From an uncultured bacterium (lineage in GTDB: Bacteria; Patescibacteriota; Minisyncoccia; CAIUEV01), in assembly GCA_937952315.1 (NCBI GenBank), contig CALFZX010000010.1, positions 5,047-69,046 on the forward strand: DNA of 64,000 nucleotides, read 5' to 3'. The notes beneath the pieces were generated by a model. The model ran no database searches, had not been told where the DNA came from, and saw only the letters and a list, made by a program, of their open reading frames with translations. A program made the translations under genes and the position numbers. Positions 51,368 through 60,210 of this stretch are shown here, in pieces. The number at the start of each line of letters is the position of its first letter. Positions within the stretch are counted from its first letter, which is position 1.

Positions 51368-51508
51368 AAAAATGCCTCCTTTTAACTCCTTTTTAAAGTA
51401 CTGTTTCCGGCCGATGATAGGGCATCTAGACTTTTTTGTCAAAAAAAAATTAAGCTTTTTTTAAAAAATGAATTAAAATAAAAGCGTAAAAAGGTAAAAT
51501 AAAAATTT

Positions 51509-52807
51509 ATGCCCCAAAAAAAGAAGTATGTTATTTGGTCGGTTGTTGCCGTCCTGTTTTTGTCGTTTATCGGCCTGATTTTCTATTCTTTAACTGAAGA
51601 AAAGGCGCCGGAATATACTTTGGCGACGGTTGAAAGAGGCGATATTGTCCAGACCGTTTCTGTGACGGGCAGTTTGGTCGATCAGCAGGAGATTTATGCT
51701 GATTTTGAGACAGGCGGTCGAGTTGAGGAAGTTTTTTTCAAAGAGGGCCAGCGAATCGTCAGAGGGGAAATTTTGGCGACGCTTGATGACGAGAATCTTG
51801 CCTTATTGCGTGATCAGGCGGAGGCAAATTTTAAGAAAGCTAAAGCGGAAAACGAGGGAAACGATGAAAATCTACGAGAGCTGGAAGATGAATCGGATCG
51901 AGCGGAAGAACTCTTGGATCAGACAAAAGAATTGAATGATCAAAAGCTGGAGGAGGCGGAAAAAACTATTAAAAATGCGGAAGAGTATTATGATGCGGTC
52001 AAAGATTATTATGAAGAAAACAAGACGGCTCAAAACAAAATAACGCTGACTTCGGCAGAGAATAGCCTAAGATCAGCCAAGGAAGCGAAAAAAACTTTAG
52101 AAAAACAGTCGGAGTTGAATGAAATTTCGGCGGAAAACAATTTGAAAGCTATCAAATCAAAAATTGAAACTTTCGAGTCAGACTCTTCTGACGCTTCCCG
52201 AGACGCTTTTCTGGAAAGTGCCAAAAAAAATTTAGAATTGGCGGAAAACAATTTGAAAAAATCCGCCCTTGTTTCACCGGTAAATGGAACAGTGGCCACA
52301 ATTAATTTCAAGAAGGGAGAAGTCTGGGGAGCGACGGCCGGTCATTTTGCTAAAATAATCGGAAGCGAATTGATGATAGAAGCTCAGATTCCTGAGTCGG
52401 ATGTTCCGAAATTGAAGAAAGGCGCCGAAGCGGAATTTTCGCTCGACGCTCTGTCCGAAAATGAAAAATTCAAAGCTCGCCTGGTGGAAGTTAACCCGGC
52501 CGGAACAAGTATTCAAGATGTAGTTTCATACAAAACAACTTTCGTCACGGAAAGCTCGGACGACCGTTTCAAGCCTGACATGACGGTCAATCTTGATATT
52601 CTAACGGATAAAAAAATTGACGCACTGAGAATTCCTCTGCGAGCGGTCAAAATGGATGGGGATTTGAAATATGTTGAAATTTTAAATTCGGAAAATCGAC
52701 CTGAAAAACGGGAAGTTGTGACTGGTCTGGAAGGCGATGAGGGCTTGGTGGAAATTAAATCCGGTCTGAATGAAGGCGAAAAAGTCATAACTCTTAAGAA
52801 AGAATAA
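51509..52807 (+). CDS. MacA-like adaptor (membrane fusion) protein
   Basis: TM, VERGDIVQTVSVTG, coiled coil, SPVNGTV and EIKSGLNEGEKV. Confidence 0.9.
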   Translation: MPQKKKYVIWSVVAVLFLSFIGLIFYSLTEEKAPEYTLATVERGDIVQTVSVTGSLVDQQEIYADFETGGRVEEVFFKEGQRIVRGEILATLDDENLALLRDQAEANFKKAKAENEGNDENLRELEDESDRAEELLDQTKELNDQKLEEAEKTIKNAEEYYDAVKDYYEENKTAQNKITLTSAENSLRSAKEAKKTLEKQSELNEISAENNLKAIKSKIETFESDSSDASRDAFLESAKKNLELAENNLKKSALVSPVNGTVATINFKKGEVWGATAGHFAKIIGSELMIEAQIPESDVPKLKKGAEAEFSLDALSENEKFKARLVEVNPAGTSIQDVVSYKTTFVTESSDDRFKPDMTVNLDILTDKKIDALRIPLRAVKMDGDLKYVEILNSENRPEKREVVTGLEGDEGLVEIKSGLNEGEKVITLKKE

Positions 52808-52811
52808 GTTG

Positions 52812-53546
52812 ATGAAAGAACCGTTAATTCGCACGGAAAATCTTTGTAAAACATATGAGAACGAAGGGTCTAAAACTATAGCCGTCTGCGGTGTCTCCTT
52901 TGCGATTGAGAAGGGAGAGTTTATTTCTATTATGGGGCCGAGCGGATCCGGAAAATCAACTCTGATGCATCTTTTGGGTTTATTAGACCGACCGACGGCC
53001 GGAAAATATTATCTTTTTGGTCGAGATATCTCCCTGCTTTCAGAGGATGAGTTGGCTCATTTGAGAAATGAAAAAATCGGATTTATTTTTCAGGCTTTCA
53101 ACCTGTTGCCAAAATTGACAGTTTATGAAAATATCGAACTACCCTTAATTTACGGAGCTAATTTGGGAACGCGCGAAAGAAAGGACAGAGTGACGCAAGC
53201 GCTCGAAAGTGTTTCCATCGAACACCGCAAAGATTACTACCCGAATCAACTTTCCGGCGGAGAAAAACAACGAGTGGCGATTGCCAGAGCGTTGGTGAAC
53301 CAACCGGAAATTATTTTTGCCGACGAGCCAACGGGAAATTTGGATTCTAAATCAGGCAGTCAGGTGATGAAAATTCTTGAAGAGCTGAACGAACAGGGAC
53401 ACACCGTTATTTTGGTGACACATGAAACTGTCACCGCTAACTACGCCAAGCGGATTCTTAAGGTTTTTGACGGAAAAATAGTTGACGACTACGAGGTTTC
53501 GGAGGAAAAACGAAGGCGAGCGGAGAAAAGAAAAAGGATTAAATAA
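52812..53546 (+). CDS. MacB/LolD-type ABC ATPase
   Basis: [34 protein letters not shown] and VTHE. Confidence 0.96.
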   Translation: MKEPLIRTENLCKTYENEGSKTIAVCGVSFAIEKGEFISIMGPSGSGKSTLMHLLGLLDRPTAGKYYLFGRDISLLSEDELAHLRNEKIGFIFQAFNLLPKLTVYENIELPLIYGANLGTRERKDRVTQALESVSIEHRKDYYPNQLSGGEKQRVAIARALVNQPEIIFADEPTGNLDSKSGSQVMKILEELNEQGHTVILVTHETVTANYAKRILKVFDGKIVDDYEVSEEKRRRAEKRKRIK

Positions 53547-53561
53547 AAAGTTTTAATTATC

Positions 53562-54806
53562 ATGCGTTTTTTTATTGATGCGATAAAAATTTCCTATTTA
53601 AATTTGACCGCCTCCAAATTTCGCTCCTTCTTGACGACACTGGGCGTGATTATCGGTGTTTCTTCCGTAATTATTGTAATTTCTATCGGCAATAGCGCTC
53701 AGGCTTTGATCATCGACCAAATCAAAAAAAACGGCTCCAACTTGATAGCTGTTCTGCCGGGAGCTTCCGAAGAAAAAGGTCCACCGGCGGTAGCTTTCGG
53801 TATTATTACTACTTCGTTGAAAAATCGAGATGCAAAGGCAATCGAGAATAGCGGTATTTCCGATGTTGAAGCAGTGACTGCTTATGTGACCGGCTCGGTA
53901 TTGATTAAGAATAGAGAAACGGCCATACAGAGCGATTTTCAGGGAGTAAGTTCCAATTTATTACAAGTTGAGAACAATGTTGAAGTGGCAGATGGACGAT
54001 TTTTCAGTCAGGCTGAAGATGAAAGCTTGGCTCGTTCAGTGGTTTTGGGCAGTGAAAGAGCGAAAGAGTTTTTCCCCGATCAAAACCCGATCGGAAAAAC
54101 CCTCACGGTAAAAAATTTAAAATTCAGTGTTGTCGGGGTGCTTAAAGAGCGAGGACAATCCGGATTTTCAAATTCAGATAAAAGTGTTTATTTCCCTCTT
54201 CTGACAGCTCAAAAGTTAATTGCGGGCGTCGACTATCTAAATGCTATTCGCATTAAAATTCGGAGCGAAGAAAATTTAACGACGGTTATGGAAGAAATTC
54301 GAATGATAATTAGAGAAAAACACGGTATAGATGATCCGGCAGAGGACGATTTTTCCGTAAGAAGTATAACACAGGCACTAAATATTCTTTCCTCGGTGAC
54401 AGATGTGCTTAAATATTTTTTAGTTTCTATCTCCGCTATCTCACTTCTGGTCGGCGGAGTTGGCATTATGAACATTATGTTGATTTCCGTGAAGCAGAGA
54501 ATTTGGGAGATTGGCCTGAGAAAAGCGATCGGAGCGCAGAAAAAAAATATCTTATTTCAATTTTTAACGGAGTCTATCTTTTTGACTTTGTTCGGTGGCG
54601 TAACCGGTATCCTAATCGGGGTGGGACTGAGCTACCTGATTTCTTTGATCGTAATATCCCTGGGTTATGAATGGCGCTTTATTGTAACGACCGGCTCCGT
54701 GCTTCTTTCCTTTAGTATTTCCCTTTTGGTCGGTCTTGTTTTTGGTATGTATCCCGCCTACAAGGCGGGTAAAGTCTCGCCGATGGAAGCTCTTCGTTAT
54801 GAATAA
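53562..54806 (+). CDS. MacB/FtsX-type ABC permease 1
   Basis: RSFLTTLGVIIG, LLVGGVGIMNIM, EIGLRKAIGA and PMEALRYE. Confidence 0.95.
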   Translation: MRFFIDAIKISYLNLTASKFRSFLTTLGVIIGVSSVIIVISIGNSAQALIIDQIKKNGSNLIAVLPGASEEKGPPAVAFGIITTSLKNRDAKAIENSGISDVEAVTAYVTGSVLIKNRETAIQSDFQGVSSNLLQVENNVEVADGRFFSQAEDESLARSVVLGSERAKEFFPDQNPIGKTLTVKNLKFSVVGVLKERGQSGFSNSDKSVYFPLLTAQKLIAGVDYLNAIRIKIRSEENLTTVMEEIRMIIREKHGIDDPAEDDFSVRSITQALNILSSVTDVLKYFLVSISAISLLVGGVGIMNIMLISVKQRIWEIGLRKAIGAQKKNILFQFLTESIFLTLFGGVTGILIGVGLSYLISLIVISLGYEWRFIVTTGSVLLSFSISLLVGLVFGMYPAYKAGKVSPMEALRYE

Positions 54807-54817
54807 TTAAACTAAAA

Positions 54818-56059
54818 ATGAAATTACTCCTTCCCCTAAAATTTGCTTTGAAGAATCTTTCCGCCAATAAAGCGCGAACGGCTTTAACTTTGGTGGGGAT
54901 TGTTATCGGAATTACTTCCGTTATCTTAATTTCGGCCAGCGGTCAAGGAGTAAAACAATTTGTTCTTGGCCAAGTAGAAAGTTTTGGCTCCGATTCGATT
55001 CAAGTTGAGCCGAAAGTGCCAACCAGCAAGACAGGCGATGTGGGAGCGACAGCCAACAATGTTCAGATTACCACCCTTAAAATTGAAGATGCGGAAGCAA
55101 CTTTAAAATTGCCGAATGTTAAAAGTTTTTATGCCGGTTCGATCGGCCAGGCGTTAGGTAGTTACGGAAATACCAATAAAAAAATAATGCTCTTCGGCGC
55201 CAGTGAAGGAGCACCGACCATCGACTCGGGGTTAAAAATTCGAGATGGTCGTTTTTATTCCGAGTCAGAAAACGATAGTTTGGCCCAAGTGACAGTCATT
55301 GGGCAAGAGGTGGAAGATATTTTTTTCGGACGGGGAGAGGGCGTCGGAAAAGAAATTCGTATTAAGGGTAAAAAATTTAGAGTGATCGGGGTGCTGGAAG
55401 AAAGAGGCACGGTTGGCTTTATCAGTTTTGACTCGATGGCCTATGTTCCCATTAAAACTTTGCAAAAGAAGATTTTAGGTGTCGACCATATTCTATTTTT
55501 TACGGTTAAAATGAAAGATGCCTCATTAACGGACGATACGGTTAACGAAATCCGATTTTTACTTCGTGATCGACACAATATCGAGGATGAAGAAAAAGAA
55601 GATTTTGCCGTAGTCTCAATGAAGGAGGCGGCGGAAATGATCAAAGATATTTTTAACTCAATAAATATATTATTGCTTGCTCTGACCTCGGTTTCTTTGA
55701 TTGTCGGCGGAGTGGGCATTATGAATGTTATGTATGTTTCAGTGGTGGAGCGAACTTTTGAGATCGGCCTGAGAAAAGCGCTAGGTGCCAGTTCGAGCAG
55801 TATTTTAAGACAATTTCTGGTAGAAGCTGTCATTATCACTTTTTTGGGAGGTCTAATCGGAATTCTTTTGGGTTTTTTACTGTCCGCTTCCGCCTCCTAC
55901 TTATTCAGTCTGCTAGGCTATAACCTTGAGTTTGAAGTAACTTGGGACGGAGTGCTTTTGGCAACCGGTTTCTCTGTTTTGGTCGGAGTAATATTTGGCT
56001 TTTATCCCGCCTACAAAGCTTCAAAGCTTAGTCCGATGGAGGCGATTAGAAGAAATTAA
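54818..56059 (+). CDS. MacB/FtsX-type ABC permease 2
   Basis: RTALTLVGIVIG, IVGGVGIMNVM, EIGLRKALGA and PMEAIR. Confidence 0.95.
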   Translation: MKLLLPLKFALKNLSANKARTALTLVGIVIGITSVILISASGQGVKQFVLGQVESFGSDSIQVEPKVPTSKTGDVGATANNVQITTLKIEDAEATLKLPNVKSFYAGSIGQALGSYGNTNKKIMLFGASEGAPTIDSGLKIRDGRFYSESENDSLAQVTVIGQEVEDIFFGRGEGVGKEIRIKGKKFRVIGVLEERGTVGFISFDSMAYVPIKTLQKKILGVDHILFFTVKMKDASLTDDTVNEIRFLLRDRHNIEDEEKEDFAVVSMKEAAEMIKDIFNSINILLLALTSVSLIVGGVGIMNVMYVSVVERTFEIGLRKALGASSSSILRQFLVEAVIITFLGGLIGILLGFLLSASASYLFSLLGYNLEFEVTWDGVLLATGFSVLVGVIFGFYPAYKASKLSPMEAIRRN

Positions 56060-56109
56060 AAAGAAGTTTTAAAATTCACTTTAATCAGTTATAAATATTA
56101 AAATCAAAA

Positions 56110-58038
56110 ATGGATTTTTTGACGGAAAGAAAAATTGAAGCTTCTGGCTGGGTGATAAAGGCTCGTTGGTTTTATATGATAGGCATCCTGATTATCGGTT
56201 TTCTAACCAAAACCCTGAGCGAGTCGAATCTCAGCTTTTCCTATGTTGAAATGGTTTCAATCGTAATAATTTTTTCCGGAGTTAATATCTTTTTTATTCT
56301 TCTGCTCAAGAAAATAAAAAAAGAGCTGGAATTAACGGGAAAAGTGAACACTTTTTGGCTGGGTTTTTTGAATAAAACCCAAATCGTAGTTGAACTGATA
56401 ACTTTTACTTTTGTGATGCATAAAGCCGGTGGAGTAGAGAGTATTTCCTCCGTTTTCTTCTTTCTGCCGATAGTTTCGTCCGCCTTGATTTGCGAGGCCT
56501 ATGCCTCGATCGTGGTGGCTATCATCGCCGGTTTGCTCATAAACGCTCTGGTGCTCGGCGAATATGTCGGTTTTATTCCTCATATAGACCGATACATGGA
56601 ACCAACTTTGGATTATACTTCGCTTTCCGTCGGTCTCACCAAAACCATCACGACAGCCGTTTTCTATGTTGTTATCGGAATTTTTTCCACTTTCAGCTCT
56701 CGTTTGATTTTAAAAAGAGAGGCGTTATTGAGAGCGCAAAAGGAAGAACTGGATAAAGAGGGGGTGGTTCGAATCAATCAATTGGAACAAATTGAAAAAA
56801 CTACCAAACTGTTGGTTTCGCGGGATCGAGAGCTTTCAAAGATGAATAAAGAACTCGACAAGAAAATAAGAGAATTGGAATACTCAAAAACTTCCTTGAC
56901 TCAAGCGCTTGATGATTTAAATAAAAATAAGAAAATTATCGAGGAAGAAAAGAATAAAACCGCTTCCATCATCGCTAATTTTTCGGATCCGATTTTAGTT
57001 TTAAACAAAGAAAACAGACTCTCGCTTTTTAATGAACCGGCTAAAAAAATTCTCGGCTTGACGGACGCTGATTTGAATAAAGAAATTTCCAATAAAGACG
57101 AATTCAGCCTGGACAATTTCCGGGAAGTTATTCGTAAACGATTTGATTTTAAAAAATTGAGAAAACCGGAACGAGAAGAAATAGATTTGCTCGAAGAACT
57201 GAATTTAACCGCCACCCAAGAAGAAGACGAAAAGACTTTTAAAGTTATCACTGTCAAGATAACCGATAGCAAAAAAGAATATCGTGGAACGATGAAAATG
57301 TTTTACGATGTGACGCGCGAAAAAAATATCGACAAAATGAAATCCGACTTTATCTCAATTGCGGCGCACCAATTGAGAACTCCGCTTTCCGCCATCAAGT
57401 GGTCGGCCGGGATGCTCCTAAAGGGAGATATCGGCGAAATAACGCCGGAACAGGCTAATTTACTTCAAAAAAGCTACGACAGCAACGAAAGAATGATCAA
57501 TTTGGTTAACGATTTGCTCAATGTTTCTCGTATTGAGGAGGGCCGATTCGGCTATCATTTTGAGAATATTGAACTTTCAGAAATAGTCAAAATCATTTTG
57601 GAAACGGCTCGACCGATGACGGAAAAATCGGGAATAGAAATTGTGGTTGATGAAAAGATTGCCAAACTAAAAATTTGTGCCGACAAAGAAAAACTACTTC
57701 TAGCTTTGCAGAATTTGGTCGATAACGCTGTTAAATATACGCCAAACGGCGGGAAAGTTGAAATTAAAGTTAAAGATCAAAAAGAAGATTTCCTGATTCT
57801 TTCAATCAAAGATAACGGCGTCGGGATTCCGAAAAAAGATTTGCCGAAATTGTTTTCGAAATTTTTCCGCGCCTCCAATGTGATTTTAATGCAAACGGAC
57901 GGCACCGGTTTAGGTCTATTTATCGTCCGAAGTATCATTGAAAAACACGGCGGTAAGATTGAAGCTCAAAGCGAGGAGAATAAAGGCACGGAATTTATCT
58001 TGACCTTGCCGACGATCTGCAAGAAGGAGAGTGACTAA
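56110..58038 (+). CDS. Membrane sensor histidine kinase (multi-TM, coiled coil, PAS-like, HisKA, HATPase)
   Basis: AAHQLRTPL H-box, NLVDNAVKY, DNGVGIP and GTGLGL. Confidence 0.95.
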   Translation: MDFLTERKIEASGWVIKARWFYMIGILIIGFLTKTLSESNLSFSYVEMVSIVIIFSGVNIFFILLLKKIKKELELTGKVNTFWLGFLNKTQIVVELITFTFVMHKAGGVESISSVFFFLPIVSSALICEAYASIVVAIIAGLLINALVLGEYVGFIPHIDRYMEPTLDYTSLSVGLTKTITTAVFYVVIGIFSTFSSRLILKREALLRAQKEELDKEGVVRINQLEQIEKTTKLLVSRDRELSKMNKELDKKIRELEYSKTSLTQALDDLNKNKKIIEEEKNKTASIIANFSDPILVLNKENRLSLFNEPAKKILGLTDADLNKEISNKDEFSLDNFREVIRKRFDFKKLRKPEREEIDLLEELNLTATQEEDEKTFKVITVKITDSKKEYRGTMKMFYDVTREKNIDKMKSDFISIAAHQLRTPLSAIKWSAGMLLKGDIGEITPEQANLLQKSYDSNERMINLVNDLLNVSRIEEGRFGYHFENIELSEIVKIILETARPMTEKSGIEIVVDEKIAKLKICADKEKLLLALQNLVDNAVKYTPNGGKVEIKVKDQKEDFLILSIKDNGVGIPKKDLPKLFSKFFRASNVILMQTDGTGLGLFIVRSIIEKHGGKIEAQSEENKGTEFILTLPTICKKESD

Positions 58039-58131
58039 AAATAGCGGACAGATAATGACAGGCGAGCAGACCGTTTCCATTTGCCTCTATCGTTTAGTTC
58101 GATTATTCTGTGCTTGATTAAGCAAACTTTT

Positions 58132-59763
58132 ATGGCACAGAAGAAGAGAAATATCTATATCGGTTCCGCTTGGCCTTACGCTAACGGTTCTTTGCATCTC
58201 GGTCATATAGCTGGTCTGCTCGGGGCGGATTTTTTGGCGCGTTATTATCGAGCCAACGGGGATAATGTCCTTTTTGTCTCCGGCAGTGACTGCCACGGAA
58301 CGCCGATTGAAGTTAAAGCGGAGCAATTGGGGATAAAGCCGGAGGAGGTTGTGGCGGAGTTTGATGCGGAATTTCGTCACAATCTCGTTGATCAGATGGG
58401 ATTTTCTTACGATTTATTCTATCGAACGGCCGATCCGTTTCACTACGAAAAAGTGCAAAAAATGTTTTTAGATCTCTACAACAAGGGCTTAATTTACGAA
58501 AAAGTGCAAAGTTTGCCTTTCTGCGAGAGTTGCAATCGCTTTTTACCCGATCGTTACATCGAAGGCGAGTGTCCGAAATGTCACTTTTCACCGGCTCGAG
58601 GAGATCAGTGCGACGAATGCGGTTCGATTTTGGACGCCAAAGATCTTATCAATCCGAAATGTAAGAGTTGCGGCAAAAAACCGATCTGGAAAGACTCCGC
58701 TCATTTTTTTCTGAAACTGAGCGCCTTTGAAAAGGAATTGAGAAGGTGGACAAAAAAGGCGCAAGGTTGGCGACCGAATGCCCTTAATTTTACTTTAAAA
58801 TTTTTAGAAAAAGGATTGATCGATCGAGCGATTACTCGAGACTCCAAATGGGGAGTACCCGTTCCGATCAAAGGATTTGAAGAAAAAACCATTTATGTTT
58901 GGTTTGAGGCGGTTAGTGGCTATTTAACGGCCAGCCAAAAACATTCGGTTGATATCGATCGGCCGGAATTATGGAAAGATTTTTGGCAGAACGAAAAGGC
59001 TCTTCACTACTATGTCCACGGCAAAGACAATATTCCATTCCATACCGTTATTTGGCCCGCCATTTTAATGGGTTTGGGCGATTTGAAGCTGGCTGACAGG
59101 ATTATCTCCTCCGAATATTTAAGTTTTGAAGGTAAGCAATTTTCCAAGAGTCGCAATTGGGGTGTCTGGCTACCGGAATTTCTGGAAAAACGAGATCCGG
59201 AAACCTTGCGTTACTACCTCGGAATTAACGGTCCGGAAAGTGCCGATAGCGATTTCTCCTGGAAGGAATACCAAGTAAAAGTGAATACGGAATTGATTGG
59301 CAAGATTGGCAATTTTGTGAATCGAGTCTTGAGCTTCACTAAAAATAATTTTGCAAGCCAAGTGCCGGAGATTATCAGTCCGAATGCCGAAGACAAAATG
59401 ATTTTGGCTGAATCGGAAACGATTTTCATCAGAGTAGGACAATTAATTGAAGCGGGCGGTTTTCATGAGGCTTTAAAAACTATTTTAGCGTTTGCGGAGG
59501 AGTGCAATCGATATATTGATAAAAAAGAACCTTGGAAAAAAATCAAGGAAGATAGGCCGTTAGCCGGAAATGCAATCAATGTCAGTCTGCAGGCCGTTTC
59601 AGCTTTATCCGGATTGCTAAATCCGTTTCTGCCCGTTACGGCTAAAAAAATGAGAGAGCAACTTAATCTTTCGCCACAAAACAATTGGCAATATACCGCT
59701 TTAGCGACCAACCATCCGATCGGAGAACCAAAACCGTTATTTGAGCGAGTGGATATTCCATAG
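58132..59763 (+). CDS. metG: Methionine--tRNA ligase (two Zn knuckles, no C-terminal tRNA-binding appendix)
   Basis: PYANGSLHLGH, SGSDCHGTP, four CxxC pairs, YVWF, GKDNIPFH and QFSKS; start moved to the ATG at 58132. Confidence 0.96.
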   Translation: MAQKKRNIYIGSAWPYANGSLHLGHIAGLLGADFLARYYRANGDNVLFVSGSDCHGTPIEVKAEQLGIKPEEVVAEFDAEFRHNLVDQMGFSYDLFYRTADPFHYEKVQKMFLDLYNKGLIYEKVQSLPFCESCNRFLPDRYIEGECPKCHFSPARGDQCDECGSILDAKDLINPKCKSCGKKPIWKDSAHFFLKLSAFEKELRRWTKKAQGWRPNALNFTLKFLEKGLIDRAITRDSKWGVPVPIKGFEEKTIYVWFEAVSGYLTASQKHSVDIDRPELWKDFWQNEKALHYYVHGKDNIPFHTVIWPAILMGLGDLKLADRIISSEYLSFEGKQFSKSRNWGVWLPEFLEKRDPETLRYYLGINGPESADSDFSWKEYQVKVNTELIGKIGNFVNRVLSFTKNNFASQVPEIISPNAEDKMILAESETIFIRVGQLIEAGGFHEALKTILAFAEECNRYIDKKEPWKKIKEDRPLAGNAINVSLQAVSALSGLLNPFLPVTAKKMREQLNLSPQNNWQYTALATNHPIGEPKPLFERVDIP

Positions 59764-59783
59764 TTTATTTTTTTAATTTATAT

Positions 59784-60098
59784 ATGAAAGATGCGCTATT
59801 TATAAATATAAAGGAGGGGGAAATTCAATTGACGAATTTTGACAAACAAGGCACGGCTGGATTGACAAAAAAGCTTGAAGGTTCCGGGGCCGGACAATTT
59901 CTCCAAATGCTTGACAAAATTAATAAATGTAATAAACATAAGAATATCTGTCTTTTTAATTTAAAATCGGTGACTGGACGCAAGCCGAAAAAAGTTGTAT
60001 TTAAAAGCGATGAGGGGCATTCGACCGCTTATCGGATTGTGCTTGTCAGTTTGAAAGCTTTGGCCTGGTCGGGCGCGATTCAACTAAGTGAACTATAA
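59784..60098 (+). CDS. Small protein resembling a degenerate TsaB (YeaZ) N-terminal domain
   Basis: LFIN...FLQMLDKI...EGHSTAYRIVLVSLKALAW aligns by eye with the TsaB motif GPGSFTGLRIG...AKALA. Confidence 0.5.
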   Translation: MKDALFINIKEGEIQLTNFDKQGTAGLTKKLEGSGAGQFLQMLDKINKCNKHKNICLFNLKSVTGRKPKKVVFKSDEGHSTAYRIVLVSLKALAWSGAIQLSEL

Positions 60099-60210
60099 TT
60101 TTAGCATATATAATTGTGCTTTTATCAATGGGTAATCCAATAACTAACTAAGAAAATAAACCGGTTAGCTTTCGTTTTATTTCGAAGGGTGGCTTGGTTA
60201 TTGCTTTTCT

